62,040 nucleotides of DNA, filler included, from Sphacelaria rigidula (GCA_964200075.2; 7 parts of 7 records of this genome joined end to end with filler, not necessarily neighbours in it), one strand, 5' to 3'; shown: positions 22,851 to 35,868, numbered from the whole stretch's first letter. Notes: generated from the sequence alone by a model not told the origin. Numbers and translations: made by a program.

Positions 22851-25800
22851 ATGACCGGCACGCCACCTTCAACACATCGCCGCACGTATGCGAGCGCTGT
22901 TCGTTCTTTCGGATCTGAAGACCAACATTCGAGCGAAGCTCATTCTTCAACACTTGAAGACCAGACTTTGACGCCGAGACTTGTTCTCTCACGTTCTGAC
23001 TTGGACTCAGAGAACATGGTAGTGCACCCGGCCGAGTCATTGGTTCCTGACGCGCATGTCAGGGAGCCCATAACGGTGGATTCCGTCGCACACACCTCGC
23101 TGGCCCCTGCTCCCCCGAATCCCAATGTGGAATCCGGAGTTAGGATTGTGCCCTCAGTCGAGTCATTGCCCCTGGACATGCGGGTCCGGCTCGACCCTGC
23201 CACGGTTGCTTCAACCGTGGCAACCCGTCGCTTGACGACTGACAACTCTCGAGACGATTCTGTCCCGACGAAGCGCATCGCTTCTGGAGCAAGAGACTTT
23301 GTCACACGGGCTGCTTCCGTTACGGACCCCCTTCGCACGACTCTTGATAGTCCCATGCGCCCTAATGCTGCCATGCAAACTCTGCATCGCACCTCCTCGG
23401 CGTCATCGCCATCGCCAGCGTCAGCTCTCATCGAGGTATTTACGGCTTTTTGCCACGCCACGCTCCAAGTCCAGTCGGCGTCTACTCATGTGCAATTCAA
23501 TGATGATTCTGCACCTGCAACGCCCAAACTCGTACGTCTACCGACCCGTTCGGCGACACCGCGTCCTCCGTTCGTCACTCATGATAAATTCAATGAACAT
23601 GAGTTCAGCCCTTCCTCAACGTCGCAACAGAGCCATACTCGTGCTCCTGACCGGCGCCGCACACCGAGACTTGGTTATGACCATGTTTCCCGCTCTAGCA
23701 GTTCTAAGGGCCACTCCCAGCAAAGCTTGAGTTCATCGCGCGCTTCCACACGCCCGAAGAATATCGCTCATGGACACAAATATGAAGGTAGTTCACGCCA
23801 TACTTCCAATTCATCTCGCGCTCCAAAGCGCCCGGTGAATGCTAAACATGGCCGTACTCACGAGGATGCCTTGCGGCCCAGATCAAGTTCTTCGCGCGTT
23901 AACTCGCGTTCGAACAACTCTGATCATGCAGCTTCGCGCATCTCTCTTGCTCAGCCCTTGTCACACAACCGTTATGTATGCAATGATAACACGGTACATG
24001 CTGACGATATCCAAAACATATTTTCGGACATGTCACCGACCCCGGAATCCTCACTTGCAGGATCCGACCGCACCTCATCGCACAGACGACGACAACGCAC
24101 TGACCGCGAACCACCGTCCCGTTCCGACGCTGCGCTTATTCGTTCTCTGCAACAACGTTCGATAGATCTTGAACGACAACTGGCAACAGCAACCATAGAC
24201 ACCAAGGGCACCACCACTGCTGCTAAGCCTACGAGGGAGACCACCAACGCCGCTCCCACTACCGCCGCAGACGCCACTACCGTGGTCACTGCGCCTTCTG
24301 CAGCAGCCACTGCAGCCACGGCCCAAACTCCTGCTGCCGCCCAGCTTTCAGTAGACACTGATGCGGACATTGGTCCCACCACTGCCCCTGCCGGGGACGT
24401 CTCCGTGCGCTCGCCTCCTTCGTTGGAGGATCTGCCTCCGCTCGGCGTCGAGCACTGCCCCGCCGGGCTGCTCTTGCGATTGTTCCAGGACCGCCCCCGC
24501 GCGGAACAAGAACGGCTCATCCAAGACTATGAGCACCAAGCCCCGGCGCTAACTCGCAGTCTACTCGACCAGCAGCACGGGGCTGCCGCCCGCCTCGTTT
24601 CGGAGGAAGATGCTGCCAAGCTGAAGGATTTTCAGCGACAGGCTTCACTAGCCCAAGCCACCAAGACGGCGGCACACAGAGCATTGCAGGAAGGGGAAAC
24701 TGCAGCCTTGACGGCACAAAGGAGGGTCCGCGAGCTACAAGAGCATGTTCGGCGAACTACGCAAGAAGCTGCATCGTCGATGGCCCGGGTGACTCACCAT
24801 CAAGCCTCCCCGCCGCCTTCCGCCGACCACTTGCTTGAAACTCGACCTCCTCGGCAGCCCACGCCCACCAGGTCGAACTACGTGATACCACGTAAGTCCG
24901 ACAGGGCGTCCTCTGTAGCAACCGCCGCCGCTCCGACGCCGTCTCGTTCACCTGGCCCGGCGGTCACTGCCAGCCCCACCACACGCTTGCAACTTGCTTC
25001 ACACGAACAAGTATGGCTTTCCCGGTCTGCGGCCGATTATACCGGCCCATTTCACCGAAACAATCACCTGCACTGTTTCCGCGACGCTTGGAACATCATC
25101 TCGCAAGGCGTGTTAGCCGTTATTGGCGGCTACGTGGAACAGGGCGGCTTCTTCCCTGATGACGGCGTGTCGACGATCACCTTGGGCCAACTGGTCCTCC
25201 AGGCGACAATCGGCGATAGTCCGAATCTCAACCGGTACGTCGACATTGTCACCAAGCTTCTTGCGGTGCTACGCGCCGCTTCTAGCTCTGATCCCGCCGC
25301 GCCCCTCCGCGACGATGACGAAGATGAGGATGGGTGGACCACCACGACTTCCAATTGCCGGGGTCGCAAGAAGAATCACCGTCGCGATGACGATGATAAC
25401 AATGGCGGGAATTCACGCCGCCGCCATGGCGGTGGAGGATCCTCTTCGGGCGGCTCCGGATCAAACCGCCCGCCCCGCAAGTCGAAAGGCAAGCACACCG
25501 GAGGCAGCTCTTCCGGCTCATCCGCACCGGCCTGGAACCGGTCCGGAGCAGCTCTTCCCGCCTCGGGCTCGGAGATCCCCAGGCAAGTAATTCCTAAGTT
25601 GGCTGATGTTTCAGCCCGCATTTTAGGTTTGACCGATACGGATACACCTGAGCGTCCTTTGTCTTCTACTGCAGCCCGCGCTTTAGCAACCGCCGCGGCT
25701 GACAAAGAACGTTCGGAAGCTAGCAAAAAAGCAGCTTCCGATAGAGCTGAGTCTGCGCGACTAGCTGCAATACAGAGACAGTACATTCAGATGGCTGTGA

Positions 25801-26533
25801 AAAAACTCTGGCACATAAGAACCATGCCTGCCACGGATGACGAAAATTCGAGCCAGTTTACTTCTGCCCTCACCACGTCCATCCGCCGCACTGTTTGCAA
25901 CATCCTTCACTTGGCGGATGTGACTGGCACACAACGTTTCGAAGACTCAGACTGGGTAGAGGGCTGGCAGACTCCCTTGCAGAAAGCAATGCATCGATCG
26001 ATCAACCGCCGCTCTCTCGACCTCGCTGATTCTTTGACGCAGGTGCTCGACGGATTCCTCGCCGAGATGGATCCGGATCGTTGCCAAGGGAAGACAGGCC
26101 CACAATTACTCTCTGATTTGGAAAGGCGTCTCATAGGTTACTTTGACAAAGGTGATCAAGCCAGCGTCGTCCAGATGCTGGGTTCTTTTGTCGTGGCATC
26201 TGATGTCCCCTTCGCGGGTTATCTCCGCGAATTCAAGCTTTTGGTTTCGGGTACGACGGGTGTCGGACGCCAGAATGGACCGAGCGATGCAGAACTTACG
26301 TTCGCAATAGAGTTGCTCAACAGTATCCGGCTCTGATGCCGTCGTTGTTTCCGGGTGTCTTGGCGCATCGGGAGGTGCCTTACGCTTCCGTTGATACTAT
26401 GTGGTCTGCTTTTGTACACCAGGAGAGTAATCTAACACCTGCCATACGTGGCAAACCTTCAACGTCTGCGCGTTTGAGTCATCCTACGACAGGGGGGGGG
26501 TATTTGGTTGCACGAAAAAAGAGGCTCATAAGT
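22851..26533 (+). CDS. Very long retrotransposon Gag-like ORF (disordered N-terminus, coiled coil, C-terminal Gag-like domain), frameshifted near 26310 and cut by the contig end
   Basis: Intronless ORF of ~1160 codons from ATG 22851. The C-terminus DVPFAGYLREFKLLVS continues in another frame as QQYPALMPSLFPG...PYASVDTMWSAF...TPAIRG, which resembles Gag of algal LTR elements as I recall it. Confidence 0.65.
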
Positions 26534-26633
26534 NNNNNNNNNNNNNNNNNNNNNNNNNNNNNNNNNNNNNNNNNNNNTTAATTAATTAANNNNNNNNNNN
26601 NNNNNNNNNNNNNNNNNNNNNNNNNNNNNNNNN

Positions 26634-26703
26634 GGCTGATGCGCCCACATATACGGAGAGGTGTAGACTGGCGCCCAGAATATATGGGACGACAACACAC
26701 ACA
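26634..26703 (+). mobile_element. 3' end of the (CA)n-tailed SINE
   Basis: Reverse complement of ~39187-39250. Confidence 0.75.
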
Positions 26704-26732
26704 TTGCGATAAGGCATGTTGTTTTGACGTTG

Positions 26733-27362
26733 CGATGCGTTCCGTTTGATGTATGTCGTCGCTGGCGTGTCGGTGAGCCCTTTGGGCGTCCGCGATGGGC
26801 AACTGTTCCACCGCGACCGTTGATAGTCTGTGGAATCGGCATCAGCTTTACTTGAAGAATCACTGCATTACCAGATTACCTACCCTAGCGGACTAGGTCT
26901 AAGGGAGAACAACGTGCACAGCTGATGAGCAGTCGCTAGACATTTCGGTGCTTTCATGTTCTGCTGGGGTCTTGCTTTCCGGGCTGTGTTCTGCATGGTG
27001 TTTCGACGTGATGCGTTCCGTTTGATCGATTTCCTCGCTGATATATCGGTGGATCGTTTGGGCGTCCGAGATGACAAGGTAATTGTTCCACCGCGATCGT
27101 GGGTAGTCCGTGGAATCGGCATCAGTTTTACTTGAAAAATCACTGCATGACCAGATGACCTACCCTCGCGCACTAGCTCTAAGGGAGAACAAACGGCCCC
27201 TATTTTTCGCATTGGATTCTGAAAAGATTTGGGCGACATGGTCACTGTATGACCGCGACCATTGATAGTCTGTGGAACCGGCATCAGTTTTAATAAACAT
27301 TCACTGCATGAACAGATGACCTGCCCTCGACGGAGAACAACGTGCACAGCTGATGAGCAGCC
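26733..27362. repeat. Degenerate tandem repeat (three partial units)
   Basis: tagtc[t/c]gtggaa[t/c]cggcatcag..cactgcat..cagat.acct at ~26824, ~27103 and ~27265. Confidence 0.8.
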
Positions 27363-27812
27363 ATGGCGTTTCTTCGAAGTACCAAAGCACGCAATTATCA
27401 CCAGCGAAGTTTCCGATGCCACTTTTGCTTATTGTGATGTGCGGGTATTGCCTGCGTGTTGTGGTGTGGGATTGAAAATATCGATAGTCACTGCGGTTAC
27501 GGGCGTTTTTGCGGTGCAATAGTGCTGGACTCATGGTTGCGAACACCGGCGTGTGTCCGTCACAAGTCTTTGTGTCCTCGGGTGATTGGGCGGCGCAATA
27601 ATATTTTGTCTAATGGTACGAGTGTCCCCGGGTGTGTGTTCGTCGACGGTATACGATGTTTCCCATTCGTTGCTGTGTGTGGAGAACGTGAATGCGTGTC
27701 TCCGTGTGTGTTCTTCGACGGTGGAGGTTGTAATTTACCCGTTCCTGCAGGCACGATTATACATTAATAAACCTCTTCTTCATATCCTGCTCTCGGGACA
27801 TCTGTCACCATA

Positions 27813-28324
27813 CGAGCTGGGCCAGCCTAAGAGTGGATTTACAGTTTGCACGCCCATTCGTCGGCCAATATTTTGAGATGGACCCTGAAACTTGGTATGG
27901 ACAATGAACAGGGCACAATAAAAAGAATTACGATGTACCCATTTCTTTTCTTCATGAGTTGAGGACATTTTACCGTTACCTTTTACTGATTATTGCCCTC
28001 AATTCATTAGAAGAAAATCTTAGGATACATGAGTAATTTTTTCATGTGCCCTGTGCATTGCCCAAACCAAATTTCAGGGGCCAACTCAAAATGTTGGTCG
28101 GCGAATGAGCGACTTAATATCGGGGTCAGTAGAAAATCGGAACATTATTTTGCAGGCCACTTACCGGCCCACGTTTGGTGTTTGTGTATTGAAACTTTGT
28201 GTGGGACCTCGCTAGGGGATAATGAACCAAACAAATTGGTCAGGCTGGTATTTATTTATTCTTCACTGGTTTAATAGGGCGTTTCTTTGATAGCCTAATT
28301 CCGTTTCTAGGCTGGCCCAGCTCG
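27813..28324. mobile_element. Tc1/mariner-type MITE (TA TSD)
   Basis: TA|cgagctgggccagccta ... taggctggcccagctcg|TA perfect TIR; internal foldback at ~27855-28110. Confidence 0.88.
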
Positions 28325-29414
28325 TACCCACACAGCGGAAAATACTCCACTTAAAACTATGACCTGTGCCGTTACGCAATGCGAGCAACGATGACCGGTT
28401 CTCATGTACCTTGGCTGTCGATTTCATTGAGCGTGGCGGCGGAAGCCGCCGAACCCCTCGTATATATATATATATGTATATATCGGAACAGTTTCCGAGA
28501 GCTGCGTATCAAAGATGGTACTGCTGACTCTCACAGCCGAACACAGTCCCAAAGCGCACAGCACGGCAACATCGAACGCATGCTACCGCGAGCGCTGCGA
28601 GCGCCTTTATAAAAAGACGGGCGCGCAATCGCTGGCTCGCCGAGTGTGGTTCGTGGCAAGTGCGTGTGGCTGTGAGGGTATGGGAGGACGATGTGGTATG
28701 TACAGCCTTGGTACAGCAATTGGGATGTTGATTCTTTGACCCTGAGACGGAAAATGACTCCATAATTTTACAAAAACTGAAGACGAAACGGCTCAACGTG
28801 GTCCATGGTGCTATGCTTGTCGTCGTGATGAACCAGTAGCTCGCAGTTAGAAAACGGCCACGGAAGCTCATTCGCCTTGTTGTGAGCATCAAGCACAGGT
28901 GTTCACAGGTACGCATACGCGCAACCCGTATATCTCGAGAAGAAGTTCAGGAATATTCTCTCACGCTTCTCCGGGAGATCACCCACCTGTAGTGATGTTC
29001 AAGATTTAAAATGCGTGCCGTTATTGGCGGTGACTAAGTCGACTTATTATCATAGTACATAGTTTAGCTTCGACAATCTACACGTGACGCCCTGATCCGC
29101 TACAAACAGGTACAACTTTTGCCAGATTCAGGTACACCAGGACGTCCACGTACTATGGTATTCAAGTCTCGTAGAAAAGAGAGTACAGGCTCAGGTATAC
29201 CGGTGGCCATTCGCGCCGCGGCCCGCTAGCTGCGCGGTGGTTTCGGCCTATCACAGACACGAACAACCTCAGGCATTTTTATCGCTGTGTAGCCTGTACC
29301 CCTTTGTGATCCAAAAGCGGCCCAGTATACCCCGATCTGTCCTTTACCCCAGGAAAAATGCAGTTACAGACACCGCCACAAGCACCGCACCGCTACAGAC
29401 ACCACACGCACATT

Positions 29415-29830
29415 ACCCTGTTTCTTCACGACCTCAGGATTGTGCACGGTGTGCCGCAGCTCCTCCTCAAGCTCATCGATGACCGTATCAAGACCATCAA
29501 TGTTGTCGGGCAAAGAGTCGAACATCGCGCCGAACCGAGTATCGTTTCCGTGTGCATCTACCTGGGGCGCCTTTGGGTAGGTTGAGTACGGCCTCAAATA
29601 CTCTATTCAAATTTGAATAGATTGGGCACGACCCCAGATGCTTTACCCAAATCTTGTTGAAATCTTTTACAGCCAGTAATCTGGTTGTTCGTTTCTTCGA
29701 GGGTTTTGACTCGGCAGAAAATAGCGGCGCACTTGGTTCGGGCTCAAAATGGGACCCCAAACTCTACACCTGGGCGCAGTACAGGTTCATGCATATCCTT
29801 AGATCGTGTCTTTCTCGTTGCCACGAAAGT
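29415..29830 (-). pseudogene. Possible hAT transposase remnant
   Basis: KHLGSCPIYSNLNRVFEAVL (CxxH/LN-like), then a frameshift to GNDTRFGAMFDSL (TRW/F-like). Confidence 0.3.
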
Positions 29831-29945
29831 TCGTAAGATACGACAGTGTGCTGTCATTGTTTGCAAGCAGTGTGCTACATCAAGGTAACTAGGCCACGTA
29901 GCTTGCAGTAGATCTAGTCCGTGAGCTGGCAGATCAACACGTCAG

Positions 29946-32900
29946 TGTTGAGGATGCGTTCTAGCCTCACGTACGTGTTGATATTATGTTTAAGTTCCAA
30001 GGATTGAGTGAGCTGAACTCGACAACTCCCGTGATATCACTCTCCATCACCACCTTCAGTTCTCCCCTTTGAGAAAAGACGGTGCGCTCTGTTTTGTCTG
30101 GGCAAAGTGAAGAGCCCAATCAACCATGTGTCTCATCGACTCGCATTTTGAGCTGCAGAAGCAAGTGGTCTAACGACCGCGGTGCAACCTCTACACGTAC
30201 TACTGTCTACTTGACAGTAGTCGGTCTGTCTTGAGGCCAGTACCACACAACACGAGCCAACATTTTCAACAGGTTATGAGCCTCGATTTGCGACTACACA
30301 GGTCGGCACCACCGAGGGAACGTCACATCAAGGTCGTCACCGCAGCACAAGTGAGAAGCGTACAGTCTTCAGTTTTTTCTTTCGCAGTTTTTGTTGTGAT
30401 AAATTTTCACACGTGGCAACAAGATGTACAATCAAGGAGAGACATCTGTTGCTCAGCTGATCAATAGCAGCAGCGAATTCGATGGAACTAACTTCATCGA
30501 ATGGAAGCGCAGCACGCGTGCCACGATTTCCCTGACATACCCATGGATTTCTGATATAATGATATGGAGCACATTCAAGACGCCTAATCACTTCCAGTTG
30601 CACGACCTACGTCAAGATCAACTCCACCTCACCCTCGCTCCCAAGGACCTCCATCGTCTTGATCTGAAGGGGCAGCCGAGACAAGTGATCCAGGTGAGGA
30701 CCCGGCTGGCGGCGAGGTGGACTTCTCCCTGGAGGAAACACATGTGAGAATTGTGGTGAACAAATCAGAAATTGAGAATTGGGATCGCTGCAGCGAGCAG
30801 TTGTTCAACATTCTATACTTGACAACTACAGGCCCAGCGGGTATTTTTCTCCGTCGCTTCGAGCCGAAGGGCCATGCAAAACCGAACGGAAAAATTGCTT
30901 GGGAAGCTCTGGTCGCTAAATACGAGAATTCTTCGAAGCAACGGCGGCGCAATCTCATGCGTCAGCTCGATAACATCAAAGCGTCTCCTGGCCAAGACCC
31001 TGACGAGTTTCTGACTAAGGTCTTCGAACTTCGTTACTAGCTTGTTTATATGGATAAGTCCATCTCTTAAGAAAGACTGGCGGACATCGTGGTGGAAGGT
31101 TTAACTGATGATTACGATCGGATCAACTATGATGCCGAGCGTGATCCCGACTTCAGCATTTCGGACATTAAAGTCACGATGCGCAACATATACTGGAATC
31201 GCGTTGCGCGCGGTATTTTGACCAATAAGGGGGTACGTGATCGTGAGTCAGCCATGATAGCAGCTTCGCCGCTTGATTCATCAGCTGCACTTACAAAATT
31301 CAAAGGAAAATGCTATTCCTGTGGAAGACCAGGACACCACATGAGGGACTGTCGGTCCAGAAAACAGCCAAACAGCAGGAATAAATCTATAAAGTGGTGC
31401 AGCCTTCATCGTACGGATAAACACGACAACTCTGAGTGCAAGAGTCAAATCTGCAATGGCGTGCTCACAACAGCAGGAACAACAACTACTATAGTAGAAT
31501 CAACAACCGTCGTCGCTTAAACACCCACAACAACGACAACAGCAACAACAGCAACAACAGCAACAGCAACAACTCCGGCTCCAACGTGACCAACATCAAC
31601 AATCATAGAACCACGCAAATACTGTCACCGTGGATCCTGCAACAATCACAGCATCGACGACGGTACCCTACAATAACCACGTTCAACAACCGAGTGGGCC
31701 ATCAGATTCTGCGACCACTGATGCATGCTCGTCACCAGGTGGTTTAGGTTTTTCATTTTTTGCTGGTCCTGCGTGCAAGAACAACACCAGGGGACCTGTT
31801 TCTACAACATTTAAGATGACGTTCGACTCTGGGGCTACACATCACTACCCAGACAATCAGTTCCTCCCTAATGTCGAAGATTAAATGCTCGACTATGCAG
31901 AACTTGATCCTCCTACGAAAATCGTCACAGCAGGACAACGTCTACTTTGTGGAACAGGAAAAGGCGTGCTCCACTCAATCGTCACGGATCAGCAGGGAAA
32001 CGAACACTCCGCCCGGCTTCCAGCCAACATCGTTCCGGGGTTGGGGAAGCATATGTTTTCTTCTGTGTATCCAAGGGGGTCGCAACAACTTCCTCCGTCA
32101 ACTCTCATGTTGATCTTGGTAGATTTGAAGTGCCAGTTCGTCCCGACAACGACACCACACTTCACTACGTTGACGTGAAGATCAATCGGGATCAAACACC
32201 CTTTAACTCAAGCACCGGGTCAGCTCTTACGGCTGAGGTAGTGTCCGAACACATATGGGCATAGGGACAGCTTCTACTGCTACGACCATTGCGGAGGACG
32301 CTTCAGCCCTTTTTACCACTGTAAGTACAGGACTTTGGCATAGACGCCTGGGTCACCCTGTTGAACCAGTAATGCGTCGCGTCATGAATACTCCTGAATC
32401 AGGTGTGAGATTTGTGGGTTAGCTCTCCTCGTGTGACACCTGCATGAAAAAAAAAAACACCCCGCAAAATCACCCCCAAGACCTCCGGCTCTACATCTGT
32501 GTCGGAGCATCACCCTATCACGCCAACTGCATTAGGCGGATACAGGTACATGGCGAAATTTACTCATCACTTCAGTCGACTAAAAGTTGTATGCTCCATC
32601 AAGGCAAAAAGTGAGGCGCTTTCTACACTCTGCAAGTACATAGAAGACGTGGCCGTGCCTTTACAACTTCGAGTACACCGCCTGCGGTCAGATCGCACTA
32701 CTTCTGCTGGTACTGGAACCGGAATCCTGCAATAATTCATTGCACCATACACACCACAGCAAAATGGCATATCTGAGCAGGACGGTAGGACTATTTAAAC
32801 ATCACCCGTTGTCTTTTTAATGAGGCGAGACAACCCGAATTTCTTTGGGGGGAAATTACCGCCACTGCAGTACTTTTTATGGCCCGTATATCGCATCAAA

Positions 32901-33125
32901 GCATCAACAGTGAAACACCTTACTATAGGACGTTTGGCAAGCAGGCTAAACTATCCTTCCTGCGCATCATCGGATCACGTGTGTTCGTGCACAGGGAGGT
33001 GCACCTCCACAAGCTGGAGGACAAAGCTCGGGAACGAGTACTAGTTGGCTATGACAAAGACAGTCCAATATACCGGATTTACGATCGGTATTCTGGAAAA
33101 TCTTCAGTTCGACGAATGTAAAATA
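29946..33125 (+). mobile_element. Copia LTR retrotransposon 5' half (LTR ~29946/29976-30271, PBS, gag, protease, integrase), decayed and truncated
   Basis: TGTTGA...TCAACA then GGTTATGAGCC; zinc knuckle CYSCGRPGHHMRDC; protease FDSGATHH; WHRRLGH; PYTPQQNGISE. PR-INT order; multiple stops; no RT present. Confidence 0.93.
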
Positions 33126-33139
33126 CCGTCAACCAAACG

Positions 33140-35125
33140 GGAGGTGGACATAAGCCATGGGCCCAAGTCGCGAGTTGGACATAGCTTATGTCCACCTCCA
33201 ACGATTGGAATACCTGTCCGCGCTCGTCCCATGTATCTTGCATCGATACCACAGCACCCGGCATACACTCACACAGTCCGTACCCATCATCCAAGTCATC
33301 GCACGGCGCAAACGGCCTTGTAGCGGTCGAGGGATGCGCCTGCTGCACAGTGCCAAAAGGCCGCCACCCGACTGGAGGTGGACGTAAGCTATATGTCCAA
33401 GTCGCGAGTGGGACATAGCTCATGCCCACCTCCAGTCGGGTGGAATACCTGTAATACACCCAAACAGCCTGTAGCCATCGCTCAAGCTATCGTGCGGTGC
33501 AAACGGTGTCGTAGCGGACGAGAAACGCGCCTGCTACATACAATGCCAAAAAAGGCCGCTAACCGACTGGAGGTGGACATAGCTCACGTCCAACTCCAGC
33601 GAGTGGAATACCTATCCGCGCTCATCCCGTGTGCCTTGCATCGACACCACAGCAGCTGCAATACACACAGTCCGTATCCACCGTTCAAGCCAACGTGGGG
33701 GGCAAACGGCCTGGTAGTGCGGGAGAAACGCGCCTGCTACACACAGGGCCAAAAAATCCATCTGCACCGGACTGGACTTGGAGAAAGCTTTCGCCAAAAA
33801 CGCGACTTAGGCAACTAGGACATGAGCTATGTTGGCTGGAGGCATGGGAGCACGTAATCATGTGTTTGCGATTGATAGCGGTCGCGTTGCAGACAAGAAC
33901 GCCAACAGGTGATTGCCGCTTGTACGTTCTACCCGCATTGTTCCGCGATGCACTGAGGTTTTAGCCAGCTAGGTTAGCATGTATCTACAGTGTTCAATAA
34001 ACTAGAAACGTACACACTGCTCAGCTGTCTGGCGTCGCACGTTATTCACGTACGCTGCCTGTGTAATCTGGGGCTATTGGGTACGAAGTGCGGATAACGC
34101 GTACCAGCCGCGAATATAGCTCCATGAATCGACCCTTTCTTCGTCCCACCAGCAATGTCCTCGACACATAACAAGTGGGTCGAATTCCCACGGCTGTAGG
34201 AGCTGCGAGGAAGAAGGCCAAAGGCTACAGCATCGCGATACTGCTCCCGCGTGCTCTAGCTTAGCCCCCCACGATGGAATGGGCGGTGGATACGGACTGT
34301 GTGTATTGCAGCTGCTGTGGTGTCGATGCAAGGCACACGCGACAAGTGCGGATAGGTATTCCACCCGCTGGAGTTGGACATAACCTATGTCCAACTCGCC
34401 AAATCGCGAGTTGGACATAGCTTATTATGTCCACCTCCAGTCGGTTAGCGGCCTTTTTCGGCACTGTGTGTAGCAGGCGCGTTTCTCGTCCGCTACGATA
34501 CCGTTTGTACCGCACGATAGCTTGAACGATGGCTACGGACTGTGTGAGTGTATAACAGCTGCTTTGGTGTCGATACAAGGCACATGGAACGAGCGCGGAC
34601 AGGTATTCCACTCGCTGAAGGTGGACATAAGCTATGTCCCACTCGCGACTTCGACATAGCTCATGTCCACCTCCAGTCAGGTGGCGGCCTTTTTTGGTAC
34701 TGTGCAGCAGGCGCGTCTCTCGACCGCTACAAGGCCGTTTGCGCCGTGCGATGACTTGGATGACGGCTACGGACTGTGTGAGTGTATATCAGGTGCTGTG
34801 GTGTCGATGCAAGGCACATAGGACGAGCGCGGACAGGTATTCCAAGTCGCGACTTGAAGATATACCTTATGCCCACCTCCGGTGAGTTGGCGGTATTTTT
34901 TGGCACTGTGCAGCAGGCGCGTTTCTCGATCGCTACGAGGCCATTTGCACCGTGGGATGGCTTGAACGATGGCTACGGGCTGTGTGAGTGTATGCCGGGT
35001 GTTGTGGTGTCGATGCAAGGCACAGGAGACGAACGCGGGCGGGTCGTCGAATTCCAGCTGGAGGTGGACATAACTATTCCCAAGTCGCGACTAAGACGTA
35101 AGTTATGTCCAAGTCGTGACTTGGA
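33140..35125. repeat. Inverted array: three forward and four reverse ~200-240-bp units punctuated by ~60-bp palindromic modules, centred on an LTR-like fragment (~33830-34260)
   Basis: GGAGGTGGACATAAGC..TCGCGA..GCTTATGTCCACCTCC at 33140-33199, with variants. Unit body ggaatacctgtccgcgctcgtc.. appears reverse-complemented after 34260. Confidence 0.88.
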
Positions 35126-35722
35126 AATAGCATCACCCAAAACAAAACGGATAAAAAACACGTTACTCGAGAGATATGGCCACGCGAAAACGGACATGTC
35201 GCCTTCAGAAACCGCTCACCTTTTGTAGGCAACCTTTCGCCGAGATATACCTGATCTAGGAATTATTTTCCAATCTACCTGACCTGGGCCACCGATCGAC
35301 CGAGAATGTACCTCTACTAGGCCATCGCTCTCTACACTGTACCAGGGAGTCTCCGCGCCAATCCCAACCATGGCGCCCACACATTCGGCTCTTTTCCCCT
35401 CATTTGCCGTNNNNNNNNNNNNNNNNNNNNNNNNNNNNNNNNNNNNNNNNNNNNTTAATTAATTAANNNNNNNNNNNNNNNNNNNNNNNNNNNNNNNNNN
35501 NNNNNNNNNNGCATATCCACCCACCCTGTGGTCCCCGAAAACAAAAAGGCCCCCCAACAAACGCCGCCTTCACCACCCCCCCCCCCCCCCCCCCCCCCCC
35601 CTTGGTCAATGGTCAGACGACTAAGGCAAGCAACAAATGAGTACGCCCCCGGTCCGGTCCGGTCCGGTTCGTGCAAAACTATAATCAAAATTACACACCG
35701 CGCATGGAGCACAGCACATTAC

Positions 35723-35868
35723 CTCATGAGCGGATTATCCGCGCTGAAGACCGCGTCCCTCACAGTCATCCCCTCCGCAAAATCTGGATCTTGTTCGACG
35801 TATGTTACCCGGGTCGCCTTCGGGGACTCTATAGTGCCAGAGTCACAACTTTCTTTTCCTCCTAAAGC
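35723..35868 (-). CDS. ABC-F family ATPase, exon 3
   Basis: tttcAG / GTAATG sites; ALGGKESCDSGTIESPKATRVTYVEQDPDFAEGMTVRDAVF (Q-loop); in phase with exon 2. The gene continues past the contig end. Confidence 0.88.

Noticed and set aside
22940..26134. Minus-strand ORFs of 130-180 aa within the long ORF
   Set aside because: GC-rich antisense shadows of the Gag-like ORF.
26920..27385. CTGATGAG hammerhead-like cores in the tandem repeat
   Set aside because: No stem II followed by GAAA and no closing stems could be built.
33140..35125. CRISPR-like palindromic repeats
   Set aside because: Intervening units are ~170 bp and mutually homologous; no cas genes.
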